In this document: one piece after another, positions 55,594 to 64,000 of the stretch
Position numbering within the stretch: the first letter of the stretch is position 1
Layout: the number at the start of each line of letters is the position of its first letter
Virus record (IMG/VR): IMGVR_UViG_2721755553_000003
Span: 236 to 64,235 of that record
Origin: a virus
Taxonomy: Duplodnaviria; Caudoviricetes
Length of the DNA stretch: 64,000 bases
Strand: one strand, 5' to 3'
The notes under the pieces: model-generated
Database searches by the model: none
What the model was told of the DNA's origin: nothing
The model's input: the letters and a program-made list of their open reading frames with translations, nothing else
Program-made: the position numbers and the translations under genes

Positions 55594-56286
55594 ATGAGCA
55601 CGGTCATTGAAGATCTCAGAAATCAAGTGCGGGCCGCTGGGGATGAGTTCAATATCGTAGTTGCGTTCCATGAGGTATGGCGCCCGGCGGTCTTCGATGC
55701 CGACCTGCAGGCGAGAATGCAGTCCTCGTTTGCCGGACACGCCTACCACCTCATCCGTATTGCACTTCGGCGGGAGGTCTACCTCGGTCTGATGAGGCTC
55801 TGGGGATCGCGCAAAGACGAACTGCGGCTGGAGGAAATCGCTCGTCAACTGCGGAAGTCCCAGGTGTTCGATGCCCTCGTCGCTGACCGAATGCAGACCT
55901 GGCCGTTCGACGAGGAGGGGCTACGCGAGAGCCTACAGGTCCACGTCGACAAGGCTTTTCAGATTATCGACAGGTACTCGAAGGGCGGCGCGGGGGAGCC
56001 GACTATGGTGTACCTGCGCAGACTGCGGCACGAGCACCTTGCTCATCGCGCGAAAAATCAGGCCCAACCGGACGCCCCAGAACAGATCGACGCGGACATC
56101 GAGGCCCTCTACGAGGACATGGCAACCCTGGTCAGCGAATTGTTCCACGCGGTGCTCAGCACCGCCTACAACCCGCGGGAGACGGCGAACGTGTACAAGT
56201 TCTACGCCGAGCTGTTTTGGGAAGCTGCGCGGAGCGAACGCACCGAGGGCCACCCGAGGTATCGGCCGCCACCGACGTTTCCATAG
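55594..56286 (+). CDS. HEPN-domain protein (AbiU2-like), candidate Abi toxin
   Basis: All-helical 230 aa with LRRLRHEHLAH (R-x5-H). Confidence 0.65.
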   Translation: MSTVIEDLRNQVRAAGDEFNIVVAFHEVWRPAVFDADLQARMQSSFAGHAYHLIRIALRREVYLGLMRLWGSRKDELRLEEIARQLRKSQVFDALVADRMQTWPFDEEGLRESLQVHVDKAFQIIDRYSKGGAGEPTMVYLRRLRHEHLAHRAKNQAQPDAPEQIDADIEALYEDMATLVSELFHAVLSTAYNPRETANVYKFYAELFWEAARSERTEGHPRYRPPPTFP

Positions 56287-56498
56287 ATTTGGCGATGCGT
56301 GCCGGCGAGCCGGTCTGCCTCTTCACCCATGGCGCACATGGCGCCTGAAGGCCGCGCATTCGACGGAGGGGGCATCCGGCGAACGAGCCCGGAACAGTTC
56401 TCCGGTTATTCTCCGGAAACGAGGGCCCGAAAGGGTCTCGGAAGACCCTCTAAGGCTCTTTCCCCCTCTGCCAGCGCTCTAAGGCTTGGGAACGCCAA

Positions 56499-56546
56499 TC
56501 CTTTACACGGAGAGGGTCGGGGGTTCGAGTCCCTCACCGCCCACCA
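56499..56546 (+). repeat. att core: 3' fragment of tRNA-Val(TAC)
   Basis: TCC-TTTACAC-GGAGA anticodon arm, T-arm GGGGG-TTCGAGT-CCCTC, ACCGCCC-A-CCA; the 5' half is absent. Confidence 0.88.
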
Positions 56547-56660
56547 TGTTTTCTAAGGGGTTAGCCGGGACTTGCTCGATCTTAGCTTCCCAGAGAGTCA
56601 GTTTGGGAAGCGTATGGGAAGCGGCTCCTGGCGTTTGATCCGTGGGAGTGATTCGGTCTG

Positions 56661-59102
56661 ATGGGGCCAATTCCTGCTGACGCTGGCGAAGGGGATGTGG
56701 AAACCCTCGTCGTGCTGCCGCTTCTGACCCGCCCGGAGTGCCTGGGTATTCCAAACGAGCGAATCCGCAGCAAGGAGGGCATATCAGCCCGCGATATCGG
56801 CAAAGGAAACAAGCAGAAAATAGGATATATCCCCGATTATTGTGTATATCTTCAGTCTCTTCCAGTCCTTATCGTTGAGGCCAAAAAGCCTCACAGGGAT
56901 GTTCACGTAGCATATGGGGAAGCAAGACTTTATGCGACGGAAATAAATCGCTCCTTCCCGCATAACCTTAATCCGTGCTCCAGGATTATATCGACTGACG
57001 GCACTCACCTCCTTGCTGGTTATTGGGACGCTGAGCCCGAGGTTTCTGTTTCCGTCGCTGCTCTAAACCCAGCAACGCCCGCCATGGATCAGTTGATAAA
57101 GATAGCTGGTCGGGAGCAGCTCGCGCGTGTAATTGAGCCTATCAGCGTTGCGTTGCGCGCAAAGGATTTTCGGCGCCCGTTTAATCAAGGGGCCGGGCAA
57201 GCACAGATAATTTCTCGGCTTGAGCCAAACACATTTGCCGCCGATCTGTCTCCCGTGCTTCGCAGATATTTTTCCTCCCGGGATCAGACGACCGACCCTG
57301 AGATATATAGCAAAGCATATGTCTCTTCAAATGAAGTGAGTAGCTACGATAGGATACTCGAATTTTTTCTGAAGGACAGGTTGTCTCGTGCTAGAAGACG
57401 CACTGAGCTTACCACAACTCGTCGCAAGTCAGACAAAATAACTAAGGCAATTTCCACTTTCGGTGAGGCCAAACCTATCGGTGGCGACCTTCAGCTTGTT
57501 ACAGGCAGCGTTGGCGTAGGAAAGTCGCTTTTCGCGAGGCGGTACAAGGAATTCCTGCAGCCGAAGCAGATGGAGGAGAAGAATCACTGGGCATTTCTCG
57601 ATTTCGTAAATGCTCCAGACGACTTAACTAAGTGGAACGAATGGGTCTGCGAACAATTCACGGAGAGCATTGTCGAAGAAGGTGCCCCCTTTGACCTTAG
57701 AGACGGCGACGATCAAGAGCGAATTTTCGCAAAAGATCTGGCTGATCGCAGCTCATACTACAAAAGAATGGAGAAAATACAAGTAGATCGCGGCGAGCTT
57801 GAGCGCGCTCGTGATTTGGAGCAATGGCGAACCGATCATTCCCGCCTTGCGCTAGGAATAGCGCGGTATCTGCAAGGCGACCGCGGCGAAAACCTGATCG
57901 TGGTTTTCGATAACGTCGATAAACTGGATGTCAATACGCAGCTCGCCGCATTTCAGACTGCCCTATGGTTTATGGATCAAACAAGGTGCTTAGTTGTTTT
58001 GCAGATGAGGGACTCAACTTTCGAGGCGTATAAAGATAGACCTCCTCTGGACACATATAAGTCTGGTCAAATTTTCCATATAAGTCCCCCTAGGTTTGTC
58101 GATGTTGTTCGTAAAAGACTTGAACTTTGCTTAGACTCCTTATCTGAGCATGCCCCCGAACAAGTTAAATTCCAAACTCGATCGGGCATTACCATTTCCT
58201 ATCCCAGCACGCGCGCGGGCGAGTTTCTCAAAGGAATTTACATCGAGCTTTTTCAGAAACCGAACAATGTATCTCGAATTTTAGAAGCGTTAGCTGGGCG
58301 AAATGTTCGTAACGCCCTAGATATGTTCATGGCTATTATTACCTCTGGCCATATGCCTGAGGATGTAATTGCGTCTGTTGCACAGGGCTCTGGCTTTCAG
58401 GCTTTCCCTGAGTACCGGATTCTTCGAGCTCTGATGAGGCAGGACTATCGTTATTTTAACAACTACAGTGGATTTGTCGCTAATATTTTCAACTGCGATA
58501 GCAAATGGGCTCGGCCCTCGAACCTCATAATACCGGAAATCTTATTCTATGTGCTGAGGAAGAGAAAAGATAAGGGAGACAACGGTCAAGTTGGCTTTAT
58601 GGCGGTGGCTCGGCTCGTCTTTGAAATGGAAGCGCTAGGCTTTGTGGAGGAAGATGTTCGTGATGCTGCTACGTTCTGTCTAAAGAAAGGTCTCATTGAG
58701 GTAGAAACGTCCTCACCAGATACCATAAGAGCGCACGACAGTTTGAAGGCCACAGCAAGCGCTTGGGCTCACATGAGGATCCTTTCTTCTCGCGTGGAAT
58801 ACATTGCATCGGTGATGCCGACTACGCCAATTAACGACAAGCAACTCGCTGCGCGCGTTTTCGAGGGCATGCAACTGGAGAATCGATTTGGGCAACTGCA
58901 CATTCATCAGCAACGACAGTTAGCCGAAAGTTTTTTGGGGTACCTGACTAAACAGCAGAAGGAGATGATGGCACACCCTGGATTTGCGAGTAGGGAGAGT
59001 TCCGGCACAGAATACGTTCTGGAAAAAATTAGGGAAGCCCTTCGTTTCGCCAGAAACGAGGAAAGTCAGTCCAACATTCTGGCTGACAAATTGGATATAT
59101 AA
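56661..59102 (+). CDS. HsdR-N-like PD-(D/E)xK nuclease fused to a P-loop NTPase; candidate defence protein
   Basis: EGDVE..VV.PLL; IPDY...IVEAKK; GSVGVGKS; IVVFDNVD; AT-rich. Confidence 0.75.
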   Translation: MGPIPADAGEGDVETLVVLPLLTRPECLGIPNERIRSKEGISARDIGKGNKQKIGYIPDYCVYLQSLPVLIVEAKKPHRDVHVAYGEARLYATEINRSFPHNLNPCSRIISTDGTHLLAGYWDAEPEVSVSVAALNPATPAMDQLIKIAGREQLARVIEPISVALRAKDFRRPFNQGAGQAQIISRLEPNTFAADLSPVLRRYFSSRDQTTDPEIYSKAYVSSNEVSSYDRILEFFLKDRLSRARRRTELTTTRRKSDKITKAISTFGEAKPIGGDLQLVTGSVGVGKSLFARRYKEFLQPKQMEEKNHWAFLDFVNAPDDLTKWNEWVCEQFTESIVEEGAPFDLRDGDDQERIFAKDLADRSSYYKRMEKIQVDRGELERARDLEQWRTDHSRLALGIARYLQGDRGENLIVVFDNVDKLDVNTQLAAFQTALWFMDQTRCLVVLQMRDSTFEAYKDRPPLDTYKSGQIFHISPPRFVDVVRKRLELCLDSLSEHAPEQVKFQTRSGITISYPSTRAGEFLKGIYIELFQKPNNVSRILEALAGRNVRNALDMFMAIITSGHMPEDVIASVAQGSGFQAFPEYRILRALMRQDYRYFNNYSGFVANIFNCDSKWARPSNLIIPEILFYVLRKRKDKGDNGQVGFMAVARLVFEMEALGFVEEDVRDAATFCLKKGLIEVETSSPDTIRAHDSLKATASAWAHMRILSSRVEYIASVMPTTPINDKQLAARVFEGMQLENRFGQLHIHQQRQLAESFLGYLTKQQKEMMAHPGFASRESSGTEYVLEKIREALRFARNEESQSNILADKLDI

Positions 59103-59377
59103 TCACGTCGGACACTCAATTCTTCTCGCCGAAAAACAGCTTTAGTTTGTCGTTAAACTGGCTGAATCGTTGGCAATAAAAATTTGCCTGCGATTTTTGC
59201 GGCGGCAGCCCTTTTCAAGAAAAAGCCCTGGGGCGGGGGCCAAAAGGGTTTCTCGGCTGGGTTGGCGGGTACGTGTCGCGTGACCACCGTTTCAGAGACG
59301 GGCCTGAGCCTCTTGCCGGGGGCGGGGGGCTCGCGCGGGAAATCGGCCTGGAATTCGGTAGGGGGCAGCCCCAGGTT

Positions 59378-60061
59378 TCAGGCCGCCCGGTCCAGCACGC
59401 GCTTGACCTGCATGGCCGACCATTCTCCCTTGCGTGGCGTCTCGATCCGCCGGGCGTTCAACTCGGCCGCGATGGCGCGCAGGGATGATACGCCCGCCGC
59501 CTGCAGGCTGGCGATGACGGGCAGGACGTTGGCCGCGAAGGCGTCGGCCTTGTCCTCCCGGACCTCCCGGCCCTTAGCCGCGGCAGCGGCCAGATTGGTG
59601 CGGTTGCCGAGCTGCACGCCCTGCGCTTTCTTGGCCGCCAGCGCGGCCTTAGTGCGGGCGGAAATCATGGCCCGCTCTTTCTCGGCCAGCGCGGCGTACA
59701 GGTGCAGGACGAAGGGGTCCACGCCCTCGCCCAACTCGGCCACCAGGAACGGCACCCGCTGCGCCATCAGGCCGGCAATGAACGCCACATCGCGGGACAG
59801 GCGGTCGAGCTTGGCGACCACCACGGCGCATTTCAGCCGACGGGCCGCAGCCAGCGCCGCCGCCAGCTCCGGCCGGCGGTCCAGGGCGTCGCTTCCCTTG
59901 CCCGTCTCGACCTCGATATGCTCGCCAACGATCGTGAAGCCGCCGACCTCCGCGAAGGCCGTCACCGCGGCGCGCTGCGCCTCCAGGCCGAGCCCGCTCT
60001 TGCCCTGCCGATCGGTCGAGACCCGGAGATAGGCGACCAGGGGGCGAATGGTGTCCGACAT
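59378..60061 (-). CDS. Serine recombinase/resolvase
   Basis: [37 protein letters not shown]. Confidence 0.9.
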   Translation of the reverse strand: MSDTIRPLVAYLRVSTDRQGKSGLGLEAQRAAVTAFAEVGGFTIVGEHIEVETGKGSDALDRRPELAAALAAARRLKCAVVVAKLDRLSRDVAFIAGLMAQRVPFLVAELGEGVDPFVLHLYAALAEKERAMISARTKAALAAKKAQGVQLGNRTNLAAAAAKGREVREDKADAFAANVLPVIASLQAAGVSSLRAIAAELNARRIETPRKGEWSAMQVKRVLDRAA

Positions 60062-60072
60062 GGGGGCGTCTC

Positions 60073-60122
60073 GGGCTTGTGTAACATCCTTATACGTCCG
60101 TATTGAGTTGTTACACAGGCCC
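60073..60122. repeat. Nested symmetric inverted repeat (candidate res/crossover site)
   Basis: TGTGTAACA-N5-ATACG-tc-CGTAT-N5-TGTTACACA, with flanks gggct/ggccc. Confidence 0.75.
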
Positions 60123-60420
60123 CCCCCCCAAGGAGGTTTCCGCGCTGAATTGAGACCACGGCTGGCACGCTGGAATTTCGCGCCGCGGCCCGAGCGCGCC
60201 GGGCTGCGGCGAACCAGGGCGGCACCCGAGCCCGCTAATTCGGCGCCGGCCCGCGGTTGGCCTGATCTCAGAAGCCTCTGCGAATTGACATACTAAACCC
60301 CACCGAGGTGCAGCCGGAATGATTCGGTTCGAGAATCCGACGAGCGGTCGCACGCTCGCGGCCGAATTATTGGCACCGTTATTTCCGGCAGCGCCACTAT
60401 CGGGCCCTCAGTGCCGCTTC

Positions 60421-60672
60421 CAGTGACGCATTCAGTGACGCTTTCGCCCTCGACAGGAACGCTTTGCGCCGTTTTCCAAGTTGGCGGCGGGGGCCTGGCA
60501 GGAGCACGGTGGCACTGTCTGCCGGGGATCGCGCATACGTGAGAGTTTTGCTCAGAAAAGGCACTTTCAATAAAATCAATATCTTGGTCGTGAAATAGGG
60601 TCACTAAATGCGTCACTGGATGCGTCCCTACAGCGTCCCTGTAGCGTCACTGCGGGCCTGATAGCGTCACTG
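60421..60672. repeat. Seven GCGTC(A/C)CT(G/A) repeats in two inverted clusters
   Basis: CAGTGACGC twice at 60421-60441; five copies at about 60610-60672. Confidence 0.65.
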
Positions 60673-61043
60673 CGCACGATCTGGCTGGAGCCGCGTAATT
60701 ATCGCCTCTCCTGCCCACCGCCCGGCTTGACCGGCTTAGTTAGCCCGAAGGGGCCGAACCGAAATTAATCAGCGCCCCACGCCATGGGCACTAAATTAGC
60801 TCGATGGTCCCGAAGGGTTGGCCGCCGCGCAGGCTCTACCGGGATCGCGCTTACCCTTCGGTCCCTCGGTCACCGTGCTATGCGGTACGTCAGGCTGCCG
60901 GCCTGCCAGTCATCATGTCCGGATTCCCTACAAACCGGCGCAAAGCTACAAAAGGCAGATACCCAGGAGCCTGTCCGAGTAACGGGGTTTGAAGCCCGGT
61001 AGAGGGGGGCGAGAGGGGAGCCAATGAGGGCGGATCAGCGGCT

Positions 61044-61781
61044 TCAGCGGCCTGCCTGTGCCAGCTTCAGCAGGTTGTGGGCGGTGCAGATCATCGCCCA
61101 CTCGCCCCGGACCTGATCGAGCCCTCTCATCAGGAACTGTCGGAAGCCTCGGGCCTGCTTGATCTGTCCGAACACCGGCTCGACGACCTGCTTCCTGAGA
61201 CGGTACCGACTGCGGCGCCCAACCCGCTTCAGCCGGGCGGCCATCGCGCTCATCAATGGCATCTTGGTCAGCCTCCGGCGGCCGGCTGCGTCCGCCTCGC
61301 CATGACGTGCCCGGCCCGGAGCGAGGTAGCCCGTGATGCCGCGCTCCTGCAGCGCGGCGAGGTTCGCCTCGTTGGCAAAGCCGGCATCGCCCGAGACCTC
61401 CCGCGGCTGGCGCCCAAGATGGGCGCGGAGCCCGTCTACAAGCGGCACGAGCGCGCGGTGATCGGCCGAGTTGGTCACGAGCCGATACGCGACGATCACC
61501 TGATGCGCCGCGTCGACTGCGACCTGGCCGTTGTAGCCCTGTACGAAGCCATCACGCGTGGGCAGGATCCGGCTGTCTGGGTCGGTGAAGTTGCGCTGCG
61601 CCCGGTCGGGCGGACGCCCGTCTTCGCCGCGCAGTGGCCGGCCCTGCCAACGCATGCCCGACGAGGCGCCCGGCCCGCTCTCGTCCTCGGGATCAGGCGG
61701 ATCAGCCGCCTCCGCCTCCAGCGCGGCCTTGGCGGCGCGGATTGCTTCCAGCCGCCGCGGCTTGTCGGCCATCCAGTCTGG
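61044..61781 (-). pseudogene. IS1182-family transposase, C-terminal half only
   Basis: PDWMADK.RRL..IRAAK; NFTDPDSRI; GYNGQ; RKQVVEPVFGQIKQARGFRQF. Confidence 0.85.
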
Positions 61782-61784
61782 TGC

Positions 61785-61915
61785 ACATATAGCCCCGCGG
61801 CGCTGTCGCCCTCCTCGATCGCCGTGTAGCCGAGGCCCTCCAGTACCTCCGTCACCAGCATGCGTGCGGACGGCTCGTGGTCCACGGTCAGCACCGTCTC
61901 GCCCTATTCTGCCCG
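61785..61915 (-). pseudogene. Response-regulator receiver fragment
   Basis: ETVLTVDHEPSARMLVTEVLEGLGYTAIE, truncated at the IS junction. Confidence 0.65.
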
Positions 61916-62098
61916 CGCAGCCTCGGGGAGCTACGGGATGCAGCTTACGCACGATCCCGCCCTTCGAGTTCGCCGGAGAGGGCGTTCTATGACCCGGCGG
62001 AGGTACATTCCGCTCGAAGACTTGCTTTGCGAAACTGAGCTCTGGACGAGAGAGCGCTTCTCTGATCTACTTTCCCTAATAGCAGAGGGAGGCTTTGG

Positions 62099-62938
62099 AT
62101 GCTCAGCCGTCGCACCTTCTTGGCAGCTTGTTGCGCAGCCCACGCAAGCCCAGCATTCGCGCAAACTCCGCAACGACAATTCGCTTGCGGTAGCGTCGAT
62201 CGCGGTGCAGGAATCGATCAGAAATCAGAACTCGACCTCTATTCCGTCGAGGGTGGCTTCGAACGGCAGAACCTCGACAACGTGGTTCGACAATTCAGTC
62301 TTACCCCGTTCGGAACAGCGAACCTCGCTCATCGCTGGCGCCGGTCTGACGGCCTAACGCCGAACACAGGGATAATAACCCTAGGCGTCCACTTTCTCAA
62401 CGGCGACGGTCAGCAGCGTGCAGTGGTCGAGCGCGGTGCAAACCGTTGGCGGACCGGCGAGCTGGCTAACAAGTTAGATTTCCGGTTTGATGTTCCCAGA
62501 GATAAAGCGCAAATAACAGTCTTGTTTGGATCGGAAGGAAATAATTCTATCGTAGGTCGCGCTAGTGGAGATTACGCGCAGGCGCAACCTACAATGAACA
62601 TACAGGATGTCGTGGAGTACGTTGCGGCTCATGAATTTGGACATGCTATCGGCTTGCAGCATGAGCACCAGAGCCCGACTGTAGCGATCAAGTGGAACAA
62701 ACCTGCCGTTGTTGCCGAAATGGCCGCTCAGGGCTGGTCTCCACAAATGTGCGAGACAAACATCTTCGCTCGCTATGGTCAGAAGTACGCCTGCGTCGGC
62801 AGCCCAAATTTCGATCCAACGTCAATCATGCTTTATCCGATCCCAAGTCGTTGGACACTTGACGGTTATAGTACCGGCACTAACACTTCGATTTCCCCAG
62901 ACGATCGCGCCTGCGCAGTTGGCATCTACAGCGCGTAA
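62099..62938 (+). CDS. Secreted M12/astacin-like metallopeptidase with Tat signal
   Basis: SRRTFL Tat motif; HEFGHAIGLQH; Met-turn SIMLY. Confidence 0.88.
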   Translation: MLSRRTFLAACCAAHASPAFAQTPQRQFACGSVDRGAGIDQKSELDLYSVEGGFERQNLDNVVRQFSLTPFGTANLAHRWRRSDGLTPNTGIITLGVHFLNGDGQQRAVVERGANRWRTGELANKLDFRFDVPRDKAQITVLFGSEGNNSIVGRASGDYAQAQPTMNIQDVVEYVAAHEFGHAIGLQHEHQSPTVAIKWNKPAVVAEMAAQGWSPQMCETNIFARYGQKYACVGSPNFDPTSIMLYPIPSRWTLDGYSTGTNTSISPDDRACAVGIYSA

Positions 62939-62947
62939 GGGGGGCAG

Positions 62948-64000
62948 ATGAAATTCGCGCTGTATGTGCTTGCTGCCGGCGTAGCTGTATGCGGATTGTC
63001 TATTCAGGCCAACGCTCAACCGATGGAGGCGCTTGCGTATATTCGGGTCGGGGTAACTGATCCTATCACACAAGCGGAGAAAGAGCTTACGCAAGGCTCG
63101 GGTTTCCTCATTGATAGAGAGGGTCATATCGTCACTGCGAAGCACGTGGTGCTATTCAAAGAAAAGGAGATTCCCGGCCCTAGGTGGATCCGTGTTGCTC
63201 TTCGTGATCGTGGGTCCTTCCCAGTCAACGCTCAGGTTGTAAGGTGCGAAACCGACAGCGTAGACCTTTGCCTGATTCGTATTCAGCGGGCTAGCGTTGA
63301 TGCAGCCAATGTGAAATCGGTGTTTCAGCCAGTGTGTCGCCCACTTGGCGATACCGAGCGGGTTGTTGCCCTCGGTTTTCCATTCGGCCAGCAGAACCCT
63401 GCAATCAGAGTTCCTGGTGATATTACCGGGCCGCTTGCCACAGACAACAAGTATCCCTCGAACGTCCAAATTGTTCCGGGGATGAGCGGCGGCCCGGTCG
63501 TTGATGGGCACGGCGATGTTGTCGCGGTCAACGCGGGGGCAGCGACGGGCTTTCCGACTTTCACTTTTTTACAACCATTGTTTTACGGTGAAAGCCTAAT
63601 GAGGAGCTCGGGTCAGCAATGTCCGAGTGGGGCAAAGCCCCCGCAAATAGGTCCTGCCTCGCTACCCACTAACGAGATCGTTCGCGTACCTCCCGTTGCA
63701 AATTCGCCGGCTTGCGGCACCAAAGAACAAATTGTTAGCCGCACGCAGCCTTCGCAGAACGAAGCGGCACCTACGGCCAGGGACTATTACGAATTAATTG
63801 AGGCAGACAAGGGCTGCCGGATTGTTTCAGTCAATCCGGAAACCCGGTCGGCGAACAATAGCTCCGGACCAAGTATCACAATCGCCCCGGATGGCACGAA
63901 AGCGCAAGTATCCTATTCCCTAAAAAGCGGTCCTTTCTTTGATCGCTACCGAGGCTGGATCGATCTTAAACTCATTGTTAATCAGCAGCCAAATACCTAA
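62948..64000 (+). CDS. Secreted trypsin-like (S1) serine protease with C-terminal extra domain
   Basis: Sec signal; GSGFLI; TAKH; DL; GMSGGP. Confidence 0.88.
   Translation: MKFALYVLAAGVAVCGLSIQANAQPMEALAYIRVGVTDPITQAEKELTQGSGFLIDREGHIVTAKHVVLFKEKEIPGPRWIRVALRDRGSFPVNAQVVRCETDSVDLCLIRIQRASVDAANVKSVFQPVCRPLGDTERVVALGFPFGQQNPAIRVPGDITGPLATDNKYPSNVQIVPGMSGGPVVDGHGDVVAVNAGAATGFPTFTFLQPLFYGESLMRSSGQQCPSGAKPPQIGPASLPTNEIVRVPPVANSPACGTKEQIVSRTQPSQNEAAPTARDYYELIEADKGCRIVSVNPETRSANNSSGPSITIAPDGTKAQVSYSLKSGPFFDRYRGWIDLKLIVNQQPNT

Larger units (their letters stand above)
1..56546. mobile_element. Temperate prophage (podovirus-like virion genes, lambdoid-type early region); left end upstream of the window
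   Basis: Contiguous lysis, tail, head, packaging, replication, immunity, recombination and integrase modules, ending in a tRNA 3' fragment. Confidence 0.93.
56547..64000. mobile_element. Second accessory island right of the att core
   Basis: Arm-like repeats, AT-rich genes, recombinase, IS remnant, no housekeeping genes. Confidence 0.6.

Noticed and set aside
56480-56546. Complete tRNA-Val gene
   Set aside because: D-arm and 5' acceptor strand are missing; it is an att duplicate.
59207-59375. G-rich runs as a cos site or G-quadruplex
   Set aside because: No match to a cos consensus I recognise and no supporting genes.

Overview
High-GC alphaproteobacterial DNA; the gene content and LexA box type suggest Hyphomicrobiales, probably Methylobacterium-like (inference). 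Positions 1-56546 hold most of an apparently intact temperate prophage with podovirus-type structural genes. On the minus strand these are the lysis cassette, tail fibres, ejection proteins, adaptors, N4-gp56-like capsid, scaffold, P22-like portal, terminase, tRNA-Asn, late regulators, replication genes and cro. On the plus strand are cI, ERF/exonuclease recombination genes, methyltransferases, xis/int and a HEPN gene. The prophage ends at a 3' tRNA-Val(TAC) fragment (att, 56499-56546); its left end lies upstream of the window. To the right is a second accessory island with an 813-aa nuclease-ATPase, a serine recombinase with a symmetric site, an IS1182 remnant and a secreted protease pair. 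The most novel signals are non-coding. First, an 18-bp promoter element (TTGACCCG[A/T]CGGGCGAA) occurs three times in front of late gene blocks, and two copies are followed by terminator hairpins (lambda pR'-tR'/Q-like logic). Second, an array of hairpins with ACGUCAC-type loops precedes the capsid and scaffold genes. Third, LexA boxes sit on two phage genes of unknown function. Fourth, two candidate defence genes flank the att site. All family assignments come from motif recognition, not database searches.
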